Shown here one piece after another: positions 1-13,053 of a stretch of DNA of 64,000 nucleotides. The DNA comes from Tubiluchus corallicola (Eukaryota; Animalia; Priapulida): positions 3,038,001 to 3,102,000 of the forward strand of contig JAQGDQ010000001.1 in NCBI GenBank assembly GCA_030141605.1. The letters run 5' to 3'. The translations under genes were made by a program, and so were the position numbers. The notes beneath the pieces are model-generated. The model searched no databases. It was given only the letters and a program-made list of their open reading frames with translations, and was not told the DNA's origin. Within the stretch, counting starts at the first letter, position 1. Every line of letters starts with the position of its first letter.

Positions 1-1169
1 TTGTATTTTGGTAACATGCATGCAGTTTGCACTCACTATATGTATGTTACACATGTACTGTCAAAAAGGCTTATTTACATATTATATAATTTAATATGAA
101 AATAATAATAATAATTGTATAGGCTTTTTTCTTTTTTCATTTATATGCATTGTGCAGTGCAATTAATGCTTGTACTCATTATTGCTGATCACTGAGGTAA
201 GTAATGCTGTAACTAGAAATACATAAATATGTAAACAAAAGTGATAGTTGCCATAGATGTTTGGTATATCGTAGAGAAAATTGTTATAATTATTATGTAT
301 TTAAAAATCGAGTGTCTTCCAGATGGCTGTCAGTAATGTTTAAATAATATGAATGTAGAAATCAGTATTGTTTTTATTGTTTTTAGGTAGTCATCATTAT
401 GTTGTGTTTGTGAATTTCAGTTCATTGTAACAAATATTATGCATAAATGTAATACATAAGCTACTTTTCCAAATTGAAATTTATATTTGGTATTCTACAT
501 TGAAATTTATACATGTCTAATGTAGTTGAGTGTATTATGGCAATTCACTGATGTTAAACATGAATGATAATGAATGTGACAGTGACTTGCAGAGCAACTT
601 AGCCTCAATAAAATTAGGTCTGTTATGTAAAATAAAACCTAAAAATCTCAAATTAATTTTTGTTGTTGTTTGGACAATAATTAATAATAGCAGTTTGCTT
701 GATTTGATCGTGGATCTTCTATTAGTAGAAGATTTTGTTTTTGTTACAAATCCTAAAAACAGTTATTGTCACATCTGTTCACTTTCAATTAAAACGGAAT
801 TCTCTGGCCCTTGTGCAGTAGTGAGTGATTCTGTGTGGAAGCAGTTACTGGGAATTTTATAGCAGTATCATTTTCTTATTCTACCATAAATCTGTCACTT
901 TGAGAGTCAAAAATTTATTTAGAACTTGATTTCATACTACATCTGAATATTAACAATACTAAACTTGAGAACAGTTATCATTTCAGTAGCTCACTATCGT
1001 AATTGCATAAGCTCATTTCGTGACACCTGATACTAAAAACCATTTCAAATTAATCAATCAATTTATTTTGTTCCAGGAATACATATAAGTTATATATTAA
1101 TTGTATATAAGTTTTATTTACCTTGTTTTTTTGCAAAAGGTGGAAATAGACTTACATGCAAACATATGA

Positions 1170-2280
1170 TTTAGATTAGATTTAATAGATTTATTTCGCA
1201 ATAAACATATACATTACATGTGCATCGATAATCAGTTTTTGTTAATACAAAAATATGATACAATTCATGAATTCTGTGCTAGAGACCTAAGAAGCTAGCT
1301 TATGGTAGGCCACTAGAATTAGTTATAAAAAAAGTACAATATATACAGATACAATATTACAATATATACAAATATAAATACGGGCGGGAAGTAATAAAAA
1401 AATTATTATACTAGAGGGGAAGTCTTTGAAAATGAAAAACAACAAATTTATGATTGAGTGATCAGTTACATGTGATTCAAGTAAGTTTAATTTATAATTT
1501 TTTAAAAATATGGACAGCGAGTTGGCATTTTTAATAGCTGGAGCAATTGAATTCCATATGTAAGGACCATTGTATTTAATAGAAAATTTTCTAACGTTTG
1601 TGGTGCACTGTATGTAGTGATAGTTAAGTCTATAACGTGTGCCGTAATTATGTATCTCAGCATTCAAACAAAAATAATCAGTAAATACGGGAGGTAATAA
1701 TTTATGAGAGAATTTGTACATGAAAATGGCAGTTTGGAACTTATTAATGTCATAAATGCTTAGAAACTTTAGTCTTTTAAATATTGGTGGTGTATGGTCC
1801 TGATAACCGGCAAATGTTATAGCTCGCACTATTTTCTTCTGAATCAGATGAATTTTTTTCAATCGATTGGTGCATATGCTTTCCCAAATAATGTTTGAAT
1901 TATTAAGATATGGTAAAAAAAGAGAATAATACATATATAATAATACAAGTACTGATTTAGGCAATATGTGTCTAACTCTGTATATAATACCTATGGTTTT
2001 TGAGATTTTGTTTTCGATAAATCTAAGATGTTCTTGCCAAGTTAGGTGTTCATCTATGACGATGCCTAAGAACTTAATATATTTTACTTGATTTATTGGG
2101 ACTTCATCGATTTTTACTGTAAGATTACTAGGGATTCTTTTATTTTTATTTGTGAATACAATAAATTTGGTTTTTTTAATATTCATTGATAACTTATTAG
2201 CTTTAAACCAGGTGGAGAGGCGTACAAGTTCTTGGTTTACAGTATTTATCATTGATTCATAGTTTGGGTGACTATAGAAT
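1170..2280 (-). mobile_element. 5'-truncated non-LTR retrotransposon (CR1/L2-group, Crack/Daphne-like): C-terminal RT region plus 3' UTR
   Basis: ORF 1323-2252 has WFKANKLSMNIKKTK, KFLGIVIDEHLTWQEH and YNGPYIWNSI, typical of the post-RT region of CR1/L2-group LINEs. Short tandem tail (plus strand TTAGATTAGATTT) near 1170-1195. No RT core upstream. Confidence 0.85.
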
Positions 2281-2319
2281 ATGTCACATCTATATGATGA
2301 ATATATGCACTACTAGATT

Positions 2320-2460
2320 TACACGAGAGAGACGTATTGTCGGCAAAGAGCCGTCTTGTCGTCGTGCATGAGATTACTGTCTCGTCGTGCATGAGATTTC
2401 CTGCGTTGCTCGAAATGAAATCGCGAATCGTCGACTTTTGATTTTCGAGTCAGGTGACTC
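2320..2460 (+). promoter_or_regulatory. Candidate MGMT promoter / first non-coding exon (CpG-rich patch)
   Basis: Local CpG enrichment, duplicated TCGTCGTGCATGAGATT and a donor-like CAG|GTGACT at 2453/2454. The MGMT ATG exon starts at an acceptor (5385), so an upstream UTR exon is expected. Confidence 0.3.
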
Positions 2461-4586
2461 GTTACGGCGGCGGTTTCATCATTGCTTGTCTGCTACTTTA
2501 CTGTGAGTTTAGCATAGTTTATCTATACCTATAAGTAACGAAGAGTTAGGATTTTATGAGGAAAAGGTCAAAGAGGAAGGTGCTTCAAGAAGACTAAAAG
2601 CAGAAGATTTATTTGGGTGTCTAAGCATGAATAGCCATTTCCCATAATTATTGATGCCAGTTGGTAGGCTACTGCCCGTACAGGTAATTCACCGATTGGT
2701 AAGACTTTATGTCAGGTGATATTTAAAAGAAAGGACAAGTCATTTTGCTTGTTGGGTTTATCTTACTATTCTCACCTAAATTTAGAGAAATATAAAAAGA
2801 ATTTTGCAAGAAAACGTTTATAGAGCATGTAGTTAATTTATACTACACTATTATAGAAATTTTCTGGCGTGCCGGTTGCCGTCATTCACTTGCAAGTGTG
2901 ACGTAAAGGGTGGACTTTGTGACTTTTCGTAAATGCGCGCTTCCTTGAATTCATTCAAACTTCTACACCCTACCAAATGTTTGTGTAAAACTAAAAGTAT
3001 CACAAAATTAGATATCTAATTTTTTGTAAAAACTTACTATGCTTTTGATGGAAGTTGACAGTGTGCTGCTTTTCTACAATCGTGAACGACGTCATTGGTG
3101 GAAGAATGAGCGTTCAAAATGGGAGCGCTCAAGTATGAAATTGCCGCCACTTTAAAGTGATGTTACTAATTACATGAGGTGTGTATCGTACCTTTATTAG
3201 TAAATCCTAATATTCTTCACAAACACTGAAATAAGCCTAACTTCCCAGATGGTTTCCATTAAATTGCAATTCACAAAGCACCATTCTGGTCAGAAAAAAG
3301 TAAAGCGATATACAGATCTATCAATAATTTACCATGATTTTGGTGTAAAAATTAGTGTGAAATGTAGAACGGGATTATCTCCCCTGCCTAGAACATTTTT
3401 GGGTGAAAATAGAAACAAAAAATCAGAAAAAGTTAAGGCAATGTTAAGGTACTGAGCTTTCACTTTTATTACAGTTCAAGCAGGTAATCTGAAAACAGAA
3501 TTTAAATCAAGTATGTTACCGAAACTAAAATTAGACACCAAAATTTATGAAACACAGGAAACTGAGGTTTTTGCAAAACTAACTAATATTAAAACTAAAA
3601 AGTAAAAAAAATTGTGAAACAAGTAAAATACTTCTTTTTTGCTTGTTTGCTTTTTTCGGCCTGGTACAAACTTGAAGGAATAACTAGTCAACAAAAATTT
3701 GTATTAAGTTCAAAATAAAGTTGGACTAGAATTAGCACCCTGAAATTGAGAATTCATAGCTCAAGGGCTAGATAATTTTCTTCGTAAGTTTATACTTACG
3801 AATGTTCTTAGTGCTATGTACGGATTCATTAAAGCAGTTTTTGTAAAAATCTTTTTAAATTTGTTTGTAACCAGTGCTGCTTCAAAAAGTTTTTAGCCAT
3901 TGTTTTAATACTGTGTAAAATGGAACAAACATATGTACTTTTAATGTTGTAATTTGCAGTTGTAATTTTAAACAAACAAACATACGAAAATTTGTGCATA
4001 AACCATTATCTAAAAACGAAATCCATTCTTCTTTTACTTTGCACGAAAAGATTAATAATTTTTTCCTCGATCTCTGGATGACTATTGAGGAAATTTTGTC
4101 AATTGACTGTAATTACATTTAGTCTTTCAAGATAAGTGACAACTGACAACGCACACTGCGTGAGCGTCTCTCTACCTAGAATGCAGCGTCTTTCTCAGAC
4201 ATCTGCGTACAGCAGCATGCACACAACAGCCAAACTTCATGTTACTGGAGTAGTGATGCGCAAAGTGCTGGACTGTGAACCGCACAGTTCTGTCACATGC
4301 TATGGTTCCGTACAAATATAAAGAAAGAATTAAAGAAAAAAGACTCCTTATATTGAATATTATCAATAATATCGAGTGAAAATAAGGGGTGCTGCAGTTC
4401 CACAGTGTACCTTTACGCAAGGATTATAGTTTGCTAAAGTACAATTGGACGTTGTGCACCTGAGGAGGATAAGGCTGATCAAGAGAATAACACGGAGAAC
4501 ATACTTTTCGCAACAGGTTAAAATAAGACCTTTCAAATGAAAGCTTTATATGAATTATAGTCCACACCGCAGACCATAAGACTTGC

Positions 4587-4645
4587 ATCTCTCTCTCTCT
4601 CTGTCTCTCTCCTTCTCCCTTCTCTCTTTCTCTGTCTATCTATCT
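4587..4645. repeat. (CT)n-rich microsatellite
   Basis: Visible directly in the sequence. Confidence 0.8.
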
Positions 4646-5387
4646 GACCAACCGACAGACCATCTTACTTAATTAAAAAACAAATAATTATTTAAAAAAG
4701 AAATTATTAATTACTGGGTACTAATTAATACTTAAAAGTAAATAAAAAATAATCAATAAATAAATTAAGAACTGTTAGTTACCAACTAATTACGGTAGTA
4801 CAATTGTTAGTTTCGGTGTTTTTTAAGACTGTCAGTATCAGCAAGTTGGTTTGTGGGATCAGCCCATCTCATGATCTATTTAACATGCAGAAGTACATTC
4901 ACTTAAAGTGAAACATTCTTCTCTTTCCCTGTGTGAAATTCTCTATCATCAGAAAGTATTTACTTTACTATTGTGTAGAACTGAATAAGTTGCCAAGACA
5001 GTTTCAAGTGGCAAATTAATTTGTTTCACAAAAAAAGTAAATATGTAGAAGTACTTGTCAGAGAAAATAATTTTAAAATACTGTAAAGCACACCCAATTT
5101 TTCAGGTCTCTTATAGTGCAAAATTTTTTTATCATTGTCCTCCATTTAATAGTTGTTTTAGAATCATCATTAAGCAGCTATATAACACAAATCTATCATT
5201 ACTTAGTACCACATAGCTTGGTCACTGCTGCCCTTACATAATTCACAGGATGGGTGGTAAAGATATAATTTGTGTAACAATGTTTTGTTAAATTTCATAG
5301 TTTATGCCTTTTTGTACGTTTGTGATGATTGATTGGTTCAAATCCGTGTAATGTGCTTGGATCATTCTGAAATTTTTTTTTCAGACG

Positions 5388-5563
5388 ATGCCGATACCAA
5401 AGAGGATACGCAACAAGGTTCCTGATTGTCATTATGGGCCAACAAATAGCTTCACTGTTTCTAGTCCAATAGGGGAAATAAAGATCACAAGCTGTCCACG
5501 TGGAGTTCATGAAATTTCTCAGAGTAGTGACCTTACAGATGATAATTTCCAGCCAGATTATAG
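5388..5563 (+). CDS. MGMT: MGMT coding exon 1
   Basis: Acceptor TTTTTTCAG ends 5384, ATG at 5388, donor AG|GTTGGT. Encodes MPIPKR...SPIGEIKITSCPRGVHEI. Confidence 0.9.
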
Positions 5564-5586
5564 GTTGGTTGCAGTATCCAAATGCT

Positions 5587-5619
<33 letters not shown>

Positions 5620-8600
5620 CTTGTTCTTTCTCCCTGTTTATGCACACACACGCACGCGCTTGTATAAACAGGGAGAAAGAACAAGAAAGAAATTTATGAT
5701 TAAATTGCTGCTTCATATATATATATATATATATATATATTTCTTGTTCTTTCTCCCTGTTTATGCACACACACACATGTGCTTGTATAAACATAATATA
5801 TGTTAACTATTTGGCATTTTTCCAGCATCAGAGTCCAGAAAATCCAGCAACAATGGGATGACAATGGATATACATATAAACCTGCAGTAATGTGTATTAA
5901 CTGGCTGAAAGTTTATTTTGAAAATGTGAATAACATTAGAAATACTGAAGAACCTAGCATCTGTTTTACTTCTTATAAGCCAGGTATATTAAATGTTTAC
6001 TATTGTTATATGCATTTTTTTATTTTTCTTGACATTATTAATCAGATCAAGCCTGCTTGCAGAGGCACGTATCACACTTTGTTGTATGTCAGTGATGCAT
6101 TACACAAAGCTAGCAAATGAACACATCTCCATTGCAGTTACAATGTCTATCCGCAGCAAAATCTAATTAAAGCTAACAGTACTTTGTGTGTATTATAAAG
6201 AAAAATTGCAGTGATCTAATGATTCTAATCAGTGCACGGCAAACATGGCACAAATGGGAGAGGAGGTCAAAGTGGCACAGGAAAAATGGCACAAATGGAA
6301 AAGTAGGAAAAAATGGCACATATGTTATTTTGATTCGATTGATTTCTATAATAAAACTAGAATCTTCTCAGTAGAAAACTGATGTCTACCGAAGCCAAAC
6401 AAACCTAAACTTATTCGTCTGATTCTTTTGATTCAAAAAATTTAACACAAAGATAAACAAGCAAACATACAAAATATGTACCTGTATTGGTATTATATAG
6501 ACTAGCAGAAGACTCACAAAATATTTGTTCATTAAATGGATTTATGATCAGTAATGCACAGATGTTCCACATGGTGTTTATCTACTTTTTCACCATTAAT
6601 TTTGGCAGTGGTAATAGACTGGCAAATATATACGTACCAAGTTACCTTATACTGCTATACACATTACTGAGCAAAGGTGATGGACAGCATTACATAGTTT
6701 TACAAATGAGAATTTCTCAAAATGGAACTGAAACTAACTTGTAGTATTTGTCCATGTGGAAATAACAAAAAAGAAGTACTAGACACTCCCTCTGAGACCT
6801 CTATGAATGTTTTTTTGTACTTGATGTTCTCTCAAGTTCTGAGAAAAAAGAACTGACGAAAAGATTCAGATTTTGACACACTATACTGGCCTTTCTTCAC
6901 AAAGTTTATTGAAGATCTATTATAGTTTTTGCATTATAGGCTTACTGTCATAACAGACAAAAACAAACAAACTGTATTGAAGCATTCTTTGGCAGAGGTA
7001 AGGACATATTTTACAAAGTGTGCCATTTTTTCTTGTGCCACTTTTACCATGTCATTTTTCGTATGCCATTTTTTCCTGTGCCATTTTTACCTCCATTTGG
7101 GTCATTTTTTCCTGTGCCATTTTCACCTACATTCATTCTAATCATCTCTCAAAGACAGATATCTGAGGTATTTATAAAGTTTGTTTATTTCTTTTATTTC
7201 TTGTTTTAGAGTTTCTAAATGATTGTTCATATTTATAGATTCTTTTAATGTGAAAGTTTGGCAAACACTAGCAGTTGATGTTCCAGTCTCTAGTACAATT
7301 TCTTATAGCGATCTTGCTGCAAAAACTGGGAACAGTAGAGCTGCTCGGGCAGTAGGTGAGTGTATAGGCTATTACTGCATATTTATCTGTATGAAATTTT
7401 TAGAAACGAACTAATGCTTGCATATGATGTGATCAGGATAGCCATAACAGGGCTGGTGCATTCTAGAGAGACAGTACTAACTTGACTTGATACCTACAGT
7501 GGTTTAAATTACCTATAGATTTACTTTATCGAGCACTTTCTAAGCAAATTGTGATCCACTGTGTGACCAATCCCAATATGTTAAAAACAAAAAATTGTGA
7601 GACAGGCTTGCTGTCTCAGCCAATATGCAGTGCAATGTTTTTTGATTGCTGTTAGCCACTTGTTACCCATTTGGCTGTGAAAGGTTTCTGTGCATAAGAC
7701 TACATCCTAAGCATCCAAATCAGACTGGAACATGTCGAGAAGAGTTTATTCATCTGCTCAGAAATGTTTGCCCCCAGAAATTTTTAATTTGCATTTACAA
7801 AGTTTTGCCAAAAAAAGGGAATTTTAAAGTATGTCTCAGAAACTTCCATACTAGGTTGTATTAATATAGCATTATGTTTATATGTTTGAAAGACTTATGT
7901 AATTGGAAAAGAAAATTTTTAGGTTAGTAATTTGTTTGTGCCAGTTAGTAAAATGCCACTGTTTCGCTGTCCAGTGTGCACCAAAAATGTTACTGGCTGA
8001 AACAAAAAATATGTTGCTTGCTTAGTCAGTGAAAAGTGTACTATGGATGCTCTGATGTTTTTTAAACTACACGATGTTATGTGAACTTGTCTCAAATGAT
8101 TTATCATCAAAATGACTGCACCTAATGGGAGTTTAAATTTACAACTTTTATACAGCATTGCTGCTAATACATGTGCAATAAAACAACATGTAGGTGATAC
8201 AAAATGCCAAGATGAATTTTTCTAGCTTTATGTGTGTTAAGGGAAGAGGAAAATAGCTAAGTTGTAATACTGGCTTTGGCTAGTAAATGGATATGAGTAA
8301 GTAACGTGTTAGGGGCTGCTTCGTTTCACTCGTTGAGGAAAGATCCCGATACATTTAAGTTTGGCTAAGCCAGGTCTACCTGTTTGATTTCAAAGGATTC
8401 ATGGTCCACAACTTTCAAGATTCGTAACTTCCAATTGATTCAGCAAATTATGCTGCACATAAGAATCTTAAATAACCCAGGTCCTGAATATGTACAAAAC
8501 AAACATAAATAGGACTGGTACTGTGGCACATATACAACCTTTTTCAGTAAGCGGCAGAAAGAATGCTAATGCCATCAAACTTTTTTGCTGCTTACTTACT

Positions 8601-8980
8601 ATTTTACCATTTACTTTATTCGAATGAATCTACTTCGGGCATCTCAATAAACTTTTGTGAAACCTATAGCTATAATAAACCCTATAGCCTATTCAGTGAT
8701 GATGTATACATGCCACGCTTATTCATGAGAACCCTTATGCGTCAAGTAGGCATTTGCAGTTTTGAGCGACTTTCAGATAGCATTGTTCATATTGTACACG
8801 ATGAAAGTTTCCTATCTGGAATCTCCTTTTCCAGGAATGGCAATGAAGCGCAACCCATTTCAACTATTAGTTCCATGTCATCGTGTAATACAGAGTGGTG
8901 GCTGTGTAGGAAATTACTGTTCAGGACAACGTAACAAAGTCAAATTGTGGTTGCTAATGCATGAAGGAGCTACTTTGTAA
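5388..8980 (+). CDS. MGMT: O6-methylguanine-DNA methyltransferase, whole gene: join(5388..5563,5826..5983,7239..7355,8835..8980), 198 aa
   Basis: Spliced product has SPIGEIKITSCPRGVHEI, WLKVYF, ISYSDLAAKTGNSRAARAVGMAMKRNP and the active-site PCHRV, then GNY...KLWLLMHEG. All introns are GT-AG with matching phases (2,1,1); 597 nt total. AATAAA at 9206-9211. Confidence 0.95.
5587..5790. repeat. (TA)n tracts with direct-inverted-direct duplication of a 25-bp unit, in the first MGMT coding intron
   Basis: TTTCTTGTTCTTTCTCCCTGTTTAT at 5617-5641, its reverse complement at 5664-5688, and a direct copy again near 5740-5764. Confidence 0.85.
5826..5983 (+). CDS. MGMT: MGMT coding exon 2
   Basis: TTTTTCCAG acceptor, CAG|GTATAT donor. 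Encodes IRVQK...CINWLKVYFEN...EPSICF. Confidence 0.9.
6231..7134. mobile_element. Non-autonomous Mutator-like (MULE)/foldback element in the second MGMT coding intron
   Basis: Both ends are built of inverted AAAAATGGCACA / TGTGCCATTTTT subrepeats (about 6235-6320 and 7018-7134). A 9-bp direct repeat ATTCTAATC flanks it (6222-6230, 7135-7143). Confidence 0.7.
7239..7355 (+). CDS. MGMT: MGMT coding exon 3 (HTH DNA-binding region)
   Basis: Encodes SFNVKVWQTL...ISYSDLA...AARAVG; donor G|GTGAGT. Confidence 0.95.
8835..8980 (+). CDS. MGMT: MGMT coding exon 4 (PCHR active site, stop)
   Basis: CCTTTTCCAG acceptor. Encodes NPFQLLVPCHRVI...KLWLLMHEGATL*. Confidence 0.95.
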
Positions 8981-10100
8981 CTAATTATTTTATCTGTCAA
9001 GCTTGTCTTTGATATATGTTCTACATATAATTGTAATGGTTTGTGACCTTATTCTTGCCATGTTAGAATATTTGCTATCATAGTTGTTTTGAAGATAATG
9101 ATAAACATCTGATATTGGATATGAGTGGTTCAGTAACACATCAATTTTTCATTATTTTGCTTAATCGTTTGAATATTTTTGTTACACACATATATTAAAT
9201 TTTATAATAAAGTATCATGTGTATAAAATGTCATAAAATAGGCACAACTTAAAAAAGGCTACATATTTGATTATTAAATGTTTAACGATAATTTTGTTGA
9301 ATATGTCAAATACTACATACTAATTCACAAGTATTAACAAAATCTGTACTTGCAAAAGCTTACAATTACAAGTTTTTCATCTGCTGGCAAAATAAAGATC
9401 AACAATTTCCGCACAGTAAGCGCTTTTGTACGGAAATTTACACACAGTTGATAAATAATCTGGTGCAAATTTTTTATCAATTTTAGAGTAAGCTCTACAT
9501 AACAATAACACACTCTAAAGTTTAATGTAAAATCTCATATAAAACCATTATTACCTCTATAATATTATTTTATTTTGTCTAAGGACAATCACAAATGACA
9601 CTCAAAATGTTACTTTTATTGATTGGAGTTAAATGCATCCCAGTGCCAGTGGGCGAGCATCAAAATCAATATAAGGTAAAATTTAACAGAAAGATTTTGA
9701 TTCTGCAATTTACGGTAAGAATCAGTTACTACTGTCAAACCTCGTTATACCGCCCCCTGTTATAACGCCTGTCTTGCCATTACGCCAACGTTTGCCCTGT
9801 CCCAATTTCCAATGCGTATTAAATATAGGGAATACTGCCAACCTTGCCTACCGCCAACGCATTTGCTGTATCAGACGTCTGTTTTACATAAGAAATTGAC
9901 CCTGTTATAACGCCAGCCAGAGCACAATGAATTACTACTCAAAAATGTCACTATAGCGCACAAACAATGACCTTTTAACATAAAAACAATCACGATATTT
10001 AAAGATTTAAAACTTGTAGCAAATGACTGTATGATAGTAAATTAATGTAGAAATTTTAAGCTGACTAGGAGCATGGACGAAAATACGAATTATTGTTGAC

Positions 10101-11874
10101 ATGAAACGCGCTGCTAATTCTGCCATGCAAAAGAAGCAAATATGTGAATTTACCTGCGAAAACAAAAGCAAAAGTTATCAAGACATTGTAAACTACGAGG
10201 CGAAATGCTGTACAGTAGCTGATATTACAAAAGCATCTAAAAAATGGCTGGGAGACTGACTACACATCAATGTCTGCTAAAAAAAGTCGTCAAGCAAAAC
10301 ATCAAAAAATGGAGGACGCCTTGTTTATTTGGTTTTCAAACGTTCGTTCAAAAAGCATGCCAGTAACGCAAGATCTTTTGAAGGAGAAGGCAAAACATTT
10401 TGGTGACAGATTAGAAATAGGCGAGTTCGATTATTCTAATGGCTGGCTTCAACGTTTTAAGTAACGCTACGGAATTTCCAACAAAACGACTAGGGGGGAA
10501 AGTGCTGGCGTCAATGTTGATTTAGTTGAGACTGATAGAACTGTTGCTAGAGAACTTACAATGAAATAAAAACAGTGTGACGTCTATAACATGGATGAAA
10601 CGGGATTATGCTACAGTATACTGCCTGATAGATCGTTAGCAACTGGGAGAGAAACAAAAGGAATCAAGAAGTGTTAAAGTCGTATAACGATTGCGACATG
10701 TTCAAATATGAATGGAACTGATAAACGAAAGCTGCTGGTTATCGTAAGTGCAGTGAAGCCGAGATCATTCAGACATTTTCAGCCTGAGCAGTATGTCGAG
10801 TATAAAGCAAACAAAAAGGCTTGGATTGTATGAGTTTGTGTTTTTAGAGGATAGATGGCGCTGGCAGGTGGAGAGCGGTAAACAATAATCAACAGATAGC
10901 CGAATACATGTGAACAAATTTTTTAAAAATACAAGTAATGACTACTAATACACGTGAACAAATTTTTAAAAATACAAGTAATGACTACTGTATTTACAAA
11001 ATCCATTGCATTGTCATATTTGTATTCTACGTTTTAAATAAAAACGAAGTTAAAACATGGATAACAAGCATATTTTCCAAATGGGTGATGAATTTAAACA
11101 AAAATAAGCAAAAGCATCACATTCTATTGCTTCTAGATAACACTACAAGTCACGCTGAACCTCAAAACGAGAAGGGCGGTAGCAAATTAACGAACATTAC
11201 CGTTTACTTCTTGCCATCTAATACAACCAGCCATTTACAACCAATGGGTGATCGAATTATAAAAGCATTTAAAGCGCACTACCGCAAGGTGCAGTTACGT
11301 CATTTAGTGCAGTGCATTGATCACAACAAGGACCCTAATATTTTCTTGAATGACGTGATAAGATAAGCGAAATTGGCATGGGATGATGTAAGCTCTGATA
11401 CAATTGTGAACTGCTGGCATCATGCTGGGATGCCAACAAAAAATGCAGATGTTCAACCAGGAAACGTCAGTGCGGAGATCACTGAAACTGGAAAAACCTT
11501 AGAGATTGGAGACATTTTTCATGTAATTGCTGCAGCGTTCAACATTGAGCCTGTTAATATGATGTCCCAGAATGAAATGACTGATGTTGATAAAGTCTTG
11601 GAAACTGGTGATGAAATCATAGACATTATTTTAGGAGACGTGTATAATGATGACAGTGATGACACAGATAATGTTGGTGAATTTGTTCCACCCCCTCCTC
11701 CAAACATGACAGCAAATGAGATGTGCTTTGCGCACTGTAAACAAATTTTTAGATGCAAGTACGCCAGATTCGTCTGCTTCTGTGCTGAAGATTATGAATG
11801 AATTTGAATCATTTGCAAAACAAGAAAGTCGTCAAACGACAATAACTGAACGGTTCAGTTTGAATAATGCTTAA
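10101..11874 (+). pseudogene. Tigger/pogo transposase pseudogene (HTH CENP-B + DDE_1)
   Basis: MEDALFIWF...LKEKAKHF...FDYSNGWLQRFK, VYNMDETGL, YKANKKAW, LLLLDNTTSH, FLPSNTTSHLQPMG..IIKAFKAHYR and C-terminal RQTTITERF. Several stops and frameshifts; the third catalytic Asp reads as Gly. Confidence 0.92.
10827..11057 (+). mobile_element. Solo LTR (231 bp) inserted in the Tigger transposase
   Basis: Starts TGT and ends ACA, with a 5-bp TSD TGGAT (10822-10826 and 11058-11062). Internal AATAAA near 11037. Removing it restores NKKAWITSIFSKW in the transposase. Confidence 0.8.
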
Positions 11875-12490
11875 GAGTCATTCCGCGAGAAAACCATGCA
11901 AAAGTCAAAAAATAGTGGAAGGTGACAAATCACCGATTTTGTTCATATTCACAGGGTTGGATGATCCCCTCAGATGTACCCCACAGCCAAAATATTAGAT
12001 ATCAAAAATGAGCCGTTTCGGAGATAGGCCGCCATTTTGATTTTTTTCGGATTTTGGCCATTTTGACGTAAAAAAATGACCTATATTTGTCACATCATTA
12101 CAGGCAGTAAATGAATGATCCAGGACTAGTTGCTCTGTGGTATATATAGTAGGGGTCTTGCCCTATTGCCACATTGAGTTTGATGAATTGAGATTCTCTT
12201 TCAGTAGGTATCATGAGCTCATGAAAGATGCGTGTCTGCTACAGTCTGAATGACACCTTGTTTTAAAATTCTCATAACTCCACTGGGGCGGGTATTTGAA
12301 GTATAATTAATATATGTTTATTTACAGCTTGACCAGGCATAGTTAGATCATTAATAAAATTTTGGCCAGCTCGTCCATAAATTGACGAGATTCGATCTTG
12401 AATGTGACATAAATCGGAAAAAAATTAGTACGAATTATTAATAATTCTGAATAAAAAATGAAAATTTCAAAAAGAAACGATAAATTACAG

Positions 12491-13018
12491 TTTCTGTCTC
12501 TCTCTGTCTCTCTGTGTCTCTGTCTGTCTGTCTCTCTGTGTCTCTGTGTCTCTCTCTGTCTCTCTCTCTGTCTCTGTCTCTCTGTGTCTCTCTCTGTCTC
12601 TCTCTCTGTCTCTGTCTCTCTTTGTCTCTCTCTGTCTCTCTGTGTCCTTCTCTCTCTCTCTGTGTCTGTCTCTGTCTCTCTGTGTCTGTCTCTGTCTCTG
12701 TCTGTCTCTCTGTCTTTCTGTGTCCCTCTCTGTGTCTCTCTCTGTCTCTCTGTGTGTGTCTCTCTGTGTCTCTCTCTGTCTCTCTCTGTGTCTCTGTGCC
12801 TCTCTCTGTCTCTCTGTGTCTCTCTCCGTCGCTTTCTGTCTCTGTCTGTCTCTCTGTGTCTCTCTCTGTCTCTCTGTGTTTCTCTCTCTGTCTCTGTCTC
12901 TCTCTGTCCCTCTGTGTCTCTCTCTGTCTCTTTTTATGTCTCTGTCTGTCTCTCTGTGTCTCTCTGTCTCTCCATCTGCCTCTCTGTGTCTCTCTTTGTC
13001 TCTCTTTGTCTCTCTGTG

Positions 13019-13053
<35 letters not shown>

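Noticed and set aside
530-862. 110-aa ORF
   Set aside because: Non-ATG start, no recognisable motif, AT-rich UTR- or intron-like context.
10101-11874. Domesticated CENP-B/TIGD-like gene
   Set aside because: Multiple stops and frameshifts, an LTR insertion and intact TIRs show a dead transposon copy.
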